Origin: Escherichia phage buks
Direction: 5' to 3' (one strand)
Sequence record: MN850616.1
DNA: 40,308 bases
The notes beneath the pieces were generated by a model, which was not told the DNA's origin, did not search any database, and worked only from the letters and a program-made list of their open reading frames with translations. Every line of letters starts with the position of its first letter. Positions within the stretch are counted from its first letter, which is position 1. This document shows positions 1 through 9,213 of this stretch, piece by piece. Both the position numbers and the translations under genes were made by a program.

Positions 1-587
1 ATAAACTTCGCTTTACAGTCGATGGTCAGGGTCTTCCCGCCGAAGTTAACGGTCTCGTTATTGCTGAAAGTGTAATCGCGGTCGATAAGAACGCTGTCGA
101 CGGCAGCATCAGCTAATTGCTGTAAAGTGGTAAAATCCGACAACTTAACGGAGTATTTAAATTTCTTATCCGCTTCCGCGCGAAAGGTAATATCTCCGAA
201 CGCGACCCAAGCGGAATCCGAAATGCCGCCTGTCGTAAGAGGTGTCGACGCCGCAGGGATAACTTTCGGCAGGGGGCCACGCCATGCGTAATAGTTACCG
301 TCTCCGCCGTCCTCAATAGGCCAAAGAACCGCTTTGTCCGCGTCGTCAGCTCCCAGGGTCCCGCCGGTTGTGAAGTTGAAAGACGCCGGGGAGAAACCAG
401 CATCACGTAAAACCGCGGGCAGGGTCTTCTGCGTCTGCCCGGTTACCTGGTTAGTGGCGTAGTCGATATCTGCGCCGCCAGCTACACCGCCCTGTTTGCC
501 GGTGATCACCTCGGCTTCGAAAATCTGGTGTTTTTTAGCTACCTGTAAATCGTTAAGTGACAATACATCACCGCAACCGCTGGACAT
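1..587 (-). CDS. Tailspike protein, N-terminal 195 codons (partial; 3-prime part lies beyond the window start)
   Basis: Minus-strand ORF with ATG at 585-587 and AGAGGA RBS 7 nt upstream; hand translation MSSGCGDVLSLNDLQVAKKHQIFEAEV...FRAEADKKFKYSVKLSDFTTLQQLADAAVDSVLIDRDYTF...TIDCKAKF. Residues ~137-195 match, from memory, the start of the P22 tailspike receptor-binding region (EADKKFKYSVKLSDY...LIDRDY...CKAKF). Absent from the ORF track because it is truncated by the window edge. Confidence 0.8.
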   Translation of the reverse strand, partial: MSSGCGDVLSLNDLQVAKKHQIFEAEVITGKQGGVAGGADIDYATNQVTGQTQKTLPAVLRDAGFSPASFNFTTGGTLGADDADKAVLWPIEDGGDGNYYAWRGPLPKVIPAASTPLTTGGISDSAWVAFGDITFRAEADKKFKYSVKLSDFTTLQQLADAAVDSVLIDRDYTFSNNETVNFGGKTLTIDCKAKF

Positions 588-599
588 ATGGCTATCCTC

Positions 600-3158
600 T
601 TAGTTAAAACCGTTATCGAATCCGCTGGAGAACGCACGACCGAAAGGAGGCACGTTGTCAAACTTATAGAAATCCTTGTCATAGTTAAACCCGGTTATTT
701 TGACTGTTCTGTCATCGCCAGGGTCTACCGTAGAAACAAGAATCATCTGAGCATTATGCCTTGCTTCGTTGCCGAATGAAAATTCAGTTTTCAAAGCACT
801 ATTACCAGTGTAAATGGCTTCTTGCGGCACCGACGTCATAATTACTTGTCGGTCATGCGCACCAGGGACTACACGAACACTTTGGACGCCGCCATCTCTC
901 AGCTTGAGAACCAAAGAATGGTCATCTCCGGGTGTGAACTTAACCGGCTGGGATAGCTCTACGGTGAGGCCGTTCACCGCAGTTACGTATCCGTCGTAAG
1001 TAGCCATACGCGAACCCTTAACCACACTAACGGCACGATTCGGAAGGGCAAAAATACCCTCTTCAGTGGCGGTAAACGACACCGAAATTTTCTTTAAAAT
1101 GTTCTTCTGGTGGCGACGGTTTGCCGCCCAGAAAGCCTGCTTATAGTTGCGGATTCCTTTTGAGTCGTAAGTCTCCGTTTTAAGGCCCCCGGTTTCGGGT
1201 ATGGTTATAGTCTCTTTGACGTTCGTCTTAGGGTCTATGTACGAGAATTTAAGGCTGTCAAAAACCTGAGAATCGTTAAATGTTCTGGTCCACTTTTCAG
1301 AAGTACCGGCCTTGCTTCGGTGGGTGAACACCATCTCGGGGCCCATGCGAGGGCGCTCAAAATCGAGAAGGATATCCGCCCCACGCCGATATGGGGTGCA
1401 GAATATGGCGTCTGCTATAGTACTAACTATGTCCTGCATGGTGGTTTTATAGTCATCAAACGTGTAACAAAATTCTCCAGCCTGTTTGTCGCCAAAATAC
1501 GCTTCGACCTCGTTCTGCACAGCAAGTAACTTATCCATGTTGCGTACCGTCAGGTTTAAACCCCCCACATCCGGATCACGCGCCAGGCGGATAAGAGATT
1601 GCACGGCTTGCGTATTGGGGGTCATCGTGTCTTCAAAAACACCATTACCGAGGTATTTGTACACCATTTCAGTAGCAATCATGCGCAACTGCGGTTGCTT
1701 TACTTCCGCGGCACGCGGGGTCTGCTTGCGCATCGAGTGTACTGTTGTTCTGTTGCCGTAGTGTGGGGTGTTGTCACGTGTTTGCCCGTATAAGTTAACG
1801 TACGTTATCTCATCGACTACAGACCCCTCGAAATTAAAGTCCAGGTCTGTTACCCTTCTGGCGCGCACCCGCACCCGTGACACAACCGGCAGGTCGGCGT
1901 AAATAGTGACGCCGTTGTAGTCCGGTGTACGCCCGGACACGGTTCCTTGCGCCGTGTGTATTGGCCCGTAAGGAACGCTATTTTCATCAAGTAGCTGGTA
2001 CTGTATCTCAGCGGTAACGGATGCCAGTGTTTTTGACTTGCCGTTGTCTTTATACATGCCATTTGCGGCCGCAATATTGGCGACTATGCGCTCAACCTCG
2101 GTGCGGTTTATAGACACCCAATCGGTTAATGTTTTCTCATACGTGTTGTCTGGTTGCAGCGAGGCCTCTCCATCACCGCGGAAAAATGAACCGGGTCTTA
2201 TTTCTTGCCACCGCCCGATAAGGCCGCCAGGCACGATAAAGGTAACGGTCCCTTCGGACACGCTGACTACCTGATATCCGCCGCCGGAGAGGTCAACGTC
2301 TGTATTTGTCCACACTGACACCAGCGAAAATGTATCATTAGGCACCAGTACCCCAGAAAAATCCGAACCACCTGTTGGGTCATATATCGTGCCAATGTTT
2401 CCGGACAAAGACGGATACCCGGACATGTAAGAGAAAGAAATGCCCAGACCGTTCGGTGCTTTAAGAACCACGCCGTCAACTTCGTTAGATTCTACGGTAA
2501 TGTATAGGCCTTGCTCTATGGGGTCCCCGACCATGACCTGGGGTGTAGATGTGTTATTCGGCGATGTATATGGTGCGTACACGGCAACCGACGTGCCTGT
2601 TATGTCTGATACGCGGGTGTCCCCGTCAGTTATACCTTCAGGGTGTATGTCGAGGTATCCACGCCCGGCGTCGTAATAGCCGTACTCTACAATTTTACCG
2701 GCGGCGTTAAACACCTTGTAAGTAGACATAAGGTTATTGGGGATGGTTTGCACCGTTCCACAGATGTCGTAACTGCGTTCGTACGGGCGCGCCTTGTTGT
2801 TACGGTCGGTGAGACTGTTGTTCGGGGAATCCGCCTGCGAGTTCGCAAGGTTAGATGACGCCCCTTTCACGGATGGTGATAATAGTTTCGCTAGCGGTTT
2901 AAGGATAACGCTAAAAATCTTCATGACGCCTTTAATAGCGCCACCACCGGCAGATTCCACAATGTGGAAAGTCGCGTTTTCTTTCAGTGCTTCGAAGTCT
3001 TCTGTTACGTCGTTATCTTCTCCGATTTCGTCAATGAAAACACGCACCGGCACCCCGTCCGGAACATGGTTCACGACGAAGTTCATCGGATTATCGCGAT
3101 AACGTTTAACGTCAAATGTGCCGTCTTCGTTGCGGGTATAGTGGATTACTAGCGCCAA
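600..3158 (-). CDS. Tail tip / central tail fibre protein (lambda gpJ-like host specificity protein), 852 aa
   Basis: Large ORF immediately downstream of K/L/M-like tail tip genes and upstream of the tailspike; call rests on size and synteny. Start is TTG at 3156-3158 with GGAG RBS; no in-frame ATG nearby, so start is uncertain. Confidence 0.6.
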   Translation of the reverse strand: MALVIHYTRNEDGTFDVKRYRDNPMNFVVNHVPDGVPVRVFIDEIGEDNDVTEDFEALKENATFHIVESAGGGAIKGVMKIFSVILKPLAKLLSPSVKGASSNLANSQADSPNNSLTDRNNKARPYERSYDICGTVQTIPNNLMSTYKVFNAAGKIVEYGYYDAGRGYLDIHPEGITDGDTRVSDITGTSVAVYAPYTSPNNTSTPQVMVGDPIEQGLYITVESNEVDGVVLKAPNGLGISFSYMSGYPSLSGNIGTIYDPTGGSDFSGVLVPNDTFSLVSVWTNTDVDLSGGGYQVVSVSEGTVTFIVPGGLIGRWQEIRPGSFFRGDGEASLQPDNTYEKTLTDWVSINRTEVERIVANIAAANGMYKDNGKSKTLASVTAEIQYQLLDENSVPYGPIHTAQGTVSGRTPDYNGVTIYADLPVVSRVRVRARRVTDLDFNFEGSVVDEITYVNLYGQTRDNTPHYGNRTTVHSMRKQTPRAAEVKQPQLRMIATEMVYKYLGNGVFEDTMTPNTQAVQSLIRLARDPDVGGLNLTVRNMDKLLAVQNEVEAYFGDKQAGEFCYTFDDYKTTMQDIVSTIADAIFCTPYRRGADILLDFERPRMGPEMVFTHRSKAGTSEKWTRTFNDSQVFDSLKFSYIDPKTNVKETITIPETGGLKTETYDSKGIRNYKQAFWAANRRHQKNILKKISVSFTATEEGIFALPNRAVSVVKGSRMATYDGYVTAVNGLTVELSQPVKFTPGDDHSLVLKLRDGGVQSVRVVPGAHDRQVIMTSVPQEAIYTGNSALKTEFSFGNEARHNAQMILVSTVDPGDDRTVKITGFNYDKDFYKFDNVPPFGRAFSSGFDNGFN

Positions 3159-3514
3159 AATTCAATCTCCGAATAAGTATCTTTAAGGTCTTCCAGACTA
3201 TCCAGTCTAACCTGTCTGGACGCCAGCTCACAGTGGCTAACCATTCCTTCGTAATATACCCCAGCATGCCACACTATTCGTCCCCTATGTTTCACTCCTA
3301 GTAGAACCGCGTCAAAATTCTGCGGTGTGACCGCTCGTACCAGACCTTTCGGATTAGAGTGGCCATCGTCGAAGGCGGCGTCTATTGCCGTTGGGCTTGT
3401 TACATCGAACATCGGGGTCGATAACCCCGCGTCCGCGCGCACATTGCGTACATGATGCCAGCAATTACGACGGCGGAAGTCATACGGCAGACCGGTGTAG
3501 TCATTAATATTCAT
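3149..3514 (-). CDS. Tail assembly protein, gpK-like (possible NlpC/P60-type Cys-His motif)
   Basis: 121 aa; ATGA start/stop overlap with upstream gene; motif RRRNCWHHVRNV...HAGVYY suggests a Cys/His peptidase-like fold; position between L-like and J-like genes. Confidence 0.5.
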   Translation of the reverse strand: MNINDYTGLPYDFRRRNCWHHVRNVRADAGLSTPMFDVTSPTAIDAAFDDGHSNPKGLVRAVTPQNFDAVLLGVKHRGRIVWHAGVYYEGMVSHCELASRQVRLDSLEDLKDTYSEIEFWR

Positions 3515-4026
3515 GACGTCAGTATCCCGCGAAGTAATGGAATCTCTTCCGGGGTCATCAGAATGCCTGTTGCCCGTTGGTTAAGCATCGGTGTGCCAGT
3601 TTCCGCCGTAAATACACCTTTTTCTTGTGTGAGTGTTTGCAACTCATAAACCACCGGGCCGTCGCATGGGTAGGATAGGTCCGTACTCACATAACGCCGG
3701 AAGATGAATTTAGGCAGTTCCTTGTTATCGTAAGGTATACGGTCCATTTCTTCATCGAGAATGTTGAGCACATCCGGCAAAGAGAAAGAGGCGGTCTGGT
3801 CCATATCGTTATTGTTAGCCGCGTTCTTGGCCTCCATCGGCGTACCCTCGAACGTCACTACTTCCCCGGTTTCAAGAGTTGCGGTTAAGTCGTTAACCCC
3901 GCGCACAAGCAACCAGCGCTTCGAAAGAAGAGGGTGCGATATCTCCAGGGTAATAAAATCCATCTCGCCGTCGGGGTTTGATGCTAGCTTGCGACGGTAT
4001 GCCGCTTCTACTGATTCCTGACTCAT
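3511..4026 (-). CDS. Minor tail protein (gpL-like)
   Basis: Start re-set to the internal ATG at 4024-4026 (MSQESVEAAYRR...), which forms an ATGA overlap with the stop of the upstream gene; the track start at 4110 would overlap that gene by 88 nt. Function by synteny only. Confidence 0.5.
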   Translation of the reverse strand: MSQESVEAAYRRKLASNPDGEMDFITLEISHPLLSKRWLLVRGVNDLTATLETGEVVTFEGTPMEAKNAANNNDMDQTASFSLPDVLNILDEEMDRIPYDNKELPKFIFRRYVSTDLSYPCDGPVVYELQTLTQEKGVFTAETGTPMLNQRATGILMTPEEIPLLRGILTS

Positions 4027-4523
4027 TGCATTGGATCCCAAATTCGAGGGAATGTAGTTTGGTACACTCCGTAAGTTTTTAGAAATTCGCCAAGACAATC
4101 GCCGTAGCATCCATATAAGTCGGGCAGATTCTGGTTAAGACAGGCGCTGCCGACTTCCTGGAATGGTGATTTCTCGGCTGTGGCCGTGAAAGTTATTACC
4201 CAGTTCTTCCCGTCGTCGGTGGACTCGTTCCACGTAGATGTTAGAGTAACCTGGTAATCCTCGATACCCTGACCCAAGTCGTGTTTCATCCAGAAACTGG
4301 AAGCCCCTCCGTCTACCTTCTCCATGAAACTGAGGAATGCTTGTCTACCCAGTGGCGACACGACCAGCGTAACGCTAATCGGGAACACATCAAAGTATGT
4401 ATCACGCCCCTGGCGAACCCCGCCACCGGCCAGGTCTACTCGCCACACGTTGTTACCTCGCGTCATCGAGTAGCCTTTCGATACTATCGGCCTCAAAGAG
4501 GCCGGGAAATGGTAATCGCTCAT
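4023..4523 (-). CDS. Minor tail protein (gpM-like)
   Basis: 166 aa ORF directly downstream of the tape measure gene (1-nt gap); function by synteny only. Confidence 0.5.
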   Translation of the reverse strand: MSDYHFPASLRPIVSKGYSMTRGNNVWRVDLAGGGVRQGRDTYFDVFPISVTLVVSPLGRQAFLSFMEKVDGGASSFWMKHDLGQGIEDYQVTLTSTWNESTDDGKNWVITFTATAEKSPFQEVGSACLNQNLPDLYGCYGDCLGEFLKTYGVYQTTFPRIWDPMQ

Positions 4524-4524
4524 A

Positions 4525-6858
4525 TCAATATCCTGGTTGGCCGCGTGTAGCGCGACGTGATTTAGAAATGGCGCTGTTACTATCCAGCAACGCTGAACTT
4601 ACGGTTTCACTGATTATAATACGCAACCGGCCTTCATCGTCGCGTTCTGTTGCAGCAGAATCAATTCTTCCAGTGGTGTTGTTCACGATAGTAACATTAT
4701 CTCCACCGGATTTAGCGCCATTCTCACCCATAATCTGTCGCATCTGCTCCGCCGTTCGGACACGGGAGGCGTTGGCGGGCATAATCACTTCTGGTTTACC
4801 GCGTTCGGCAATAGTAGACATCTGGCCTGCGGCCAGGTTACCACCCTGTTCTCGGGCGGAGCGAATCTTACCTACGTTTGCTAAACCAGCCGCCACCGCA
4901 GCAGCCGCAGCAACAGGCGCCAGATACGGGCCGACTACCGGTATGGCTGCTGTTGATTTATACGCTTCGACCGCTGATGTGTACGTAGCTATGGTCGCCT
5001 GAGCAATTGCAAATGCTTTGTATGCCGTGGAAGCCTCTCCTAGCGCGGCCCCGATGTTACTAGCCATATTACCGAATGCGGCGCCTGTTGCCTTCGCTCG
5101 GTCTAATGCGTAAGTATCATTCATTGCGTTTAGGGTCTGTTGGTAGGTTTCTTCAGCAATCAAACCCTGCGCATGAAAATCGTTAAGTTTTTGTAGCTTG
5201 ACCTCGTACTGCCGGTCTAATTCCGCAAATTCTCCTTCAGCAAGGGCCTGCATCTGAGCGACATACGCATCTGCGGAGAATTGTTTTTCCAGGCGCTCTT
5301 TCTCGCGTTTATCTAACTCAGCCTGGCGGGCCGTATCCGCCTCGAGCATAATCTGTGTCTTAGCGGTTTCGTATTGCTGGTCACTAAGGAGACGGTTGCT
5401 GTAGAACTCCTGTAGCTTAGTAAGTTGCTCTTCTTGGTTAGCTTGTATCTTCTGGAATACGTCGTCGTTAAGGTGGATTGACTGATAATAGAAATCCTCA
5501 GCGGCTTTCTTCTGGCGTTCGAATGCGTCGACGGATTTCTTGGCGGCCTTGTCTGCGGAATCACCTGTAGAACCGCTGTCCTTACCTGATACCTTAAACT
5601 TACCTAACCCCTCGGCCTTAGCTGCTTCTTTATCGATGTCGTAAGCCGCTCGCTTCAGCGCGATAAGGTCTTCCTGAGCTTCTACTTGTTCGCGGAAACT
5701 TTTCCGTGTCAGGTCAGCCACACCCCTTTGAGTATCCATAGCAAGCGCTAACTGGAAGTTAAGGTTCTTGGCCTCAGCTACCGACTCTCCCGGCGTCAAG
5801 GCGGCCTTTACAAGACGTCCCGCATCCTGAGCACCTTTAACCATATCTTCAAAAAACCGCTCCATTGCCGTAAATTCCTGGGCAATGAAGTCCAGCGCAT
5901 CTGCCGCTGACTCAGCTATCGTAGATGCGGTCTCCTCTCCGCTTCCGGTAATGCTTTCACTGGTGTAAGTCCAGGCGGAGTTCAAAGCGTTTAACGCGTC
6001 TGCAACCGCCCCAAACGCCGCGTCGAATGAAGCCTCTATCGCACCCCCAACATCGGATGCCATGTCGCCCCACATCTGCATCTCGGCTACGAACTCACCG
6101 GATGCGACCTGAGCGTTTATCTCCTGTATCAGGTCGTCAATATAACGTAAAGGTTCCGCCAGTGACCCTACATCGAGACTAGTGGCAAGGGTCATCTTCA
6201 ACTGAGACCACGAGTCTTCTGCGCTCGCAATAGCACCATTGAGCGTGTTCGCCTGGTCAGCCATCGCCCCGGCGAAGTTAACGTTGCCTATGTTGAGGAG
6301 ATATCGCTCAATATCGGCAGCGTTTTTCTTAACTACAGTAGTCGTCCCCTGGAAGGTAAATTCGATATCACTTTGGTTCTGCTTGGCCTTAATGCCGAAT
6401 TCTTTCAGACGTTCGAATTCAAAGGTGCTCGCATCCGCGACGGCCTCAATCATCTGGTTAAGGTCTTTACCCATAGCCGATGCGGTGTTGCCATAGGAGC
6501 GGAGCGCTTCTTCTGATGGAGTGAGGCCTAGAGCTACCAGCTTACGGAATCCTTCAACAGCCTGTTCAAGTCCGTAAGGGGTGTCGCGGGCGAAGTCCTG
6601 TAAGATACTCAGGGCTTGCTTTGCGCCTTGCGTGCTTCCCGTTAGTGTTTTCAGGCTGGCGGACATCTTGTCGAGTTGCCGTTGTGACTCGACTAGTTCC
6701 TGCGCCGCTTTATATGCTGTAGCTGCGACAACGGCAGCCAGGCCAGTTACCGCGGCCCCCGCAACTTTCGCAGATTTAGAGAGATTATCAAGACGGTCTG
6801 ATGTGGCCTTCGCGCCTTGTTCGGTTACCTTTACTACTAAGCTAGCTACATCAGCCAT
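4525..6858 (-). CDS. Tail tape measure protein
   Basis: ~777 aa, Ala/Glu/Lys/Gln-rich helical sequence, located directly after the tail chaperone pair. Start re-set to ATG 6856-6858 (MADVASL...) with GAGGG RBS 8 nt upstream; the track start at 6873 overlaps the upstream ORF. Confidence 0.85.
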   Translation of the reverse strand: MADVASLVVKVTEQGAKATSDRLDNLSKSAKVAGAAVTGLAAVVAATAYKAAQELVESQRQLDKMSASLKTLTGSTQGAKQALSILQDFARDTPYGLEQAVEGFRKLVALGLTPSEEALRSYGNTASAMGKDLNQMIEAVADASTFEFERLKEFGIKAKQNQSDIEFTFQGTTTVVKKNAADIERYLLNIGNVNFAGAMADQANTLNGAIASAEDSWSQLKMTLATSLDVGSLAEPLRYIDDLIQEINAQVASGEFVAEMQMWGDMASDVGGAIEASFDAAFGAVADALNALNSAWTYTSESITGSGEETASTIAESAADALDFIAQEFTAMERFFEDMVKGAQDAGRLVKAALTPGESVAEAKNLNFQLALAMDTQRGVADLTRKSFREQVEAQEDLIALKRAAYDIDKEAAKAEGLGKFKVSGKDSGSTGDSADKAAKKSVDAFERQKKAAEDFYYQSIHLNDDVFQKIQANQEEQLTKLQEFYSNRLLSDQQYETAKTQIMLEADTARQAELDKREKERLEKQFSADAYVAQMQALAEGEFAELDRQYEVKLQKLNDFHAQGLIAEETYQQTLNAMNDTYALDRAKATGAAFGNMASNIGAALGEASTAYKAFAIAQATIATYTSAVEAYKSTAAIPVVGPYLAPVAAAAAVAAGLANVGKIRSAREQGGNLAAGQMSTIAERGKPEVIMPANASRVRTAEQMRQIMGENGAKSGGDNVTIVNNTTGRIDSAATERDDEGRLRIIISETVSSALLDSNSAISKSRRATRGQPGY

Positions 6859-7210
6859 CGTTTCTGCCCTCAAAAATGGCGTCTAATCCCATGATAATTT
6901 CAGATTCAAACATCCCTATATTCTGACCTGAAATAGTGCTATACGCCACTAAATCTGACCAACTAAGTTGCTCTCTTGGGTATAGCTTTACGCCGTCGTC
7001 ATCAACGCGGCGGGTGAATTTAACATCACGATACTTCTCAAAAGTGGTGAGTAGTTCAGGGGGGCATTCAGGCCCGGCGTCCTGCGTTGTTTCTCCCGCG
7101 TCTTTTATTACCCCCATAGCGATAAGCGCGGCTTTGTGCCCATCGGCGATACTGTCAAACTTGCGCCTTTCGTGGCGGGTTATGAAGTTCCAACGGGCAA
7201 ACTGAAACAA
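6851..7210 (-). CDS. Tail assembly chaperone extension (gpT-like), probably expressed as a -1 frameshift fusion with 7216-7632
   Basis: ORF in the -1 frame relative to the upstream chaperone; it has only a TTG start, and its frame is open upstream into the last ~15 codons of the chaperone gene; classic G/GT arrangement before the tape measure gene. Confidence 0.4.
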   Translation of the reverse strand: MFQFARWNFITRHERRKFDSIADGHKAALIAMGVIKDAGETTQDAGPECPPELLTTFEKYRDVKFTRRVDDDGVKLYPREQLSWSDLVAYSTISGQNIGMFESEIIMGLDAIFEGRNDG

Positions 7211-7215
7211 CGCGT

Positions 7216-7632
7216 CTACTTTTCCTGCAATTGACGCAACTGTTCGTGGTGGAATACGACTACATGTTCCGCCAGGCGCTTATATTGGGTGAGAAGAGTC
7301 TCAAGATTTTCCTTAGTGAACTCATCATCGAGACTCCAGCCATTCACCAATTCGAGAGCCAATTGTCGGTTTAGGTCTCCTGCCGCGTCTTCCATTTTTA
7401 AATTGTATTCTGAGAAGTCTTTTTGCTCTTCGCATTTATCCCGAAGCGGTTTTAATTTACCTACCGCCGCTCGGTACGCCAGGGTGAAGGCACGCATAGC
7501 TTTAACCGCGACATCGGCCTCCGGGGAGACAACGTTCAACCATTCTCCTGAATCTGTACCGTCTTTTAAAGGGATCGGCATGCGCGCGCCTTTCTCGGCT
7601 TCGGCTTCGTAGTAAAAATCGCTAAGTTTCAT
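7216..7632 (-). CDS. Tail assembly chaperone (gpG-like)
   Basis: 138 aa acidic protein immediately upstream of the T-like ORF and tape measure gene; ATG 7630-7632; ends ...QLRQLQEK with GGAAAAG just before the stop codon. Confidence 0.55.
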   Translation of the reverse strand: MKLSDFYYEAEAEKGARMPIPLKDGTDSGEWLNVVSPEADVAVKAMRAFTLAYRAAVGKLKPLRDKCEEQKDFSEYNLKMEDAAGDLNRQLALELVNGWSLDDEFTKENLETLLTQYKRLAEHVVVFHHEQLRQLQEK

Positions 7633-7738
7633 AGTAATGCCCTTTGGTTAGTCGGTTACTGGTTGGTAGTTGCACCAGGCGGGAACCACCCGCTTTTCCG
7701 GTGCGACCGTAGACGCCAAATAAGAATAACAAAATAGC

Positions 7739-7767
7739 TTGCATAACCGTTAATAGTGTTCTATTAT
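7739..7767 (+). promoter_or_regulatory. Sigma70-like promoter TTGCAT-N17-TATTAT with overlapping palindromic operator-like site
   Basis: -35 at 7739-7744, -10 at 7762-7767; 16-bp site TAATAGTGTTCTATTA at 7751-7766; conserved CAACTAAACA 9 nt downstream of the -10. Confidence 0.55.
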
Positions 7768-7801
7768 CTCTACGTCAACTAAACAATATGAGGTTAAGAA
7801 C

Positions 7802-7981
7802 ATGAGCGTTTTTATCGGTATTATCGCGTTTATCTATTTCATTCCGTTCCTGGTAGCCTTGCTACGTAATCATAAAGCCAAATTAGGAATATTCGTATGC
7901 AATCTTTTACTGGGGTGGATTCTTCTGCCGTGGGTAGGCGCTCTCATCTGGGCCTGTAACTCTAATGTTAATGGTAAATAA
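7802..7981 (+). CDS. Small membrane peptide, Imm-like superinfection immunity family (59 aa)
   Basis: Hand-translated ORF missing from the track (<60 aa): MSVFIGIIAFIYFIPFLVALLRNHKAKLGIFVCNLLLGWILLPWVGALIWACNSNVNGK. GAGGT RBS 8 nt upstream; two hydrophobic helices with the ...GW..L.W.GALIWA pattern I recall for superinfection-immunity peptides. First gene after promoter 7739-7767. Confidence 0.55.
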   Translation: MSVFIGIIAFIYFIPFLVALLRNHKAKLGIFVCNLLLGWILLPWVGALIWACNSNVNGK

Positions 7982-8043
7982 TCTGGCTAAATTAAACTTA
8001 CATTATTAGAATCAGATTTGTCTTAAACAATCAGGAAATAAGC

Positions 8044-9198
8044 ATGGTCACTCGCAAAATAACAGATGAACAGTTGCAACAAGAGCTAAATGCTGGCCTC
8101 GGCCCTACTGAAATAGCCAAAAAGTATAATATGTCCCGCCGTAATGTTCAGCTTCGTTCCGCGCGCCTGGCAAAGAAAGGAGTTGGCCACGGGCGCGACG
8201 TAAGCCACCTTGTGCCAGATGGGTATAAGATTAAGGGTACGTCGTCACTGGTAGATGAGTTCGGTAACACGAAACTTCAGTGGGTTAAGACTGACGCTGA
8301 CGCCGAGCGCCAGGTCGAGCTGATGCGAGCCGTTGTGGATGAGATGAAAAAAGATTTACCTAAATATAAACCTGTCACTTTGCCCAAAAATGGCACAGAT
8401 GACGACTTATTAAATCTCTACACAATAACGGACCATCACATTGGATCGCTGGCGTGTCGAGAAGAAGGCGGGGATGATTACGATACCACAATCGCGGAAT
8501 CTCTCGCAGTTGACTGGTTCAACAGTGCGGTTTGTATGAGCCCGCAGAGCGGCGAATGTATCATTAACTTCTTAGGGGACCAAATGCACTACGATGGCAT
8601 GAAGGCAATGACCCCCATGAGCGGTCATATTCTTTCTGCTGATAGTCGCCTGTTTAAAATGATACGTACCGCCATTAAGGTTATCAAGCTGGCTGTCTCG
8701 CTGTGCTTGCGAAAACACAAGAAGGTTAAACTTCTTATCTGTGAGGGTAACCACGACCTTAGTTCTTCCCTGTGGCTCCGAGAGATGTTCTACGAGGTGT
8801 ATACAAATGAGCCTCGCGTCGAGGTTAACCGGGAGGTGTCGCCGTATTATGCGTATAAGTTCGGGGATTGTATGATTTCAGCACATCACGGGCATTGTTC
8901 TAACTTTACTAAAGTAGAGCAGTCTATAATAGGTAAGTATCGGGAGATGTACGGGCAGTGTAAGTTCACATATGTCCATACGGGTCACCTCCACCACCGG
9001 GCGGTTAAAGAGACTAATCTTCTAATTGTTGAGCAACACCAGACATTAGCGGCTAAAGATGAGTATTCTAGTAAAGGCGGTTATTATTCAGGTAGAAGCG
9101 CAAATGTGATTACATACCATAAACGTTACGGGGAGGTGTCCCGCATAAGTATACCTGTTGAAATGCTGCGAGACATAAACCCCAAATCAACATACTAA
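8044..9198 (+). CDS. HTH domain fused to calcineurin-like metallophosphoesterase
   Basis: 384 aa; N-terminal HTH-like segment (GPTEIAKKYNMSRRNVQLRSARL); metallophosphatase motifs in order: TITDHHIG, GDQMHYDG, EGNHD, SAHHGH, HTGHLHH. Confidence 0.7.
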   Translation: MVTRKITDEQLQQELNAGLGPTEIAKKYNMSRRNVQLRSARLAKKGVGHGRDVSHLVPDGYKIKGTSSLVDEFGNTKLQWVKTDADAERQVELMRAVVDEMKKDLPKYKPVTLPKNGTDDDLLNLYTITDHHIGSLACREEGGDDYDTTIAESLAVDWFNSAVCMSPQSGECIINFLGDQMHYDGMKAMTPMSGHILSADSRLFKMIRTAIKVIKLAVSLCLRKHKKVKLLICEGNHDLSSSLWLREMFYEVYTNEPRVEVNREVSPYYAYKFGDCMISAHHGHCSNFTKVEQSIIGKYREMYGQCKFTYVHTGHLHHRAVKETNLLIVEQHQTLAAKDEYSSKGGYYSGRSANVITYHKRYGEVSRISIPVEMLRDINPKSTY

Positions 9199-9213
9199 AA
9201 TGTAGGTGAAAGG

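Noticed and set aside
113-406. Track ORF (97 aa, minus strand) inside the tailspike region
   Set aside because: Arg-rich, low-complexity translation in a different frame of the same strand as the hand-verified tailspike ORF (1-587); the tailspike frame has a proper RBS and recognisable similarity, this one does not.
4397-6886. Several plus-strand ORFs (e.g. 4397-5002, 6239-6496, 6581-6886) antisense to the tape measure gene
   Set aside because: Shadow ORFs typical of long genes with biased composition; no RBS, Ala/Arg/Ser-rich translations, and they would disrupt an otherwise uniform minus-strand operon.
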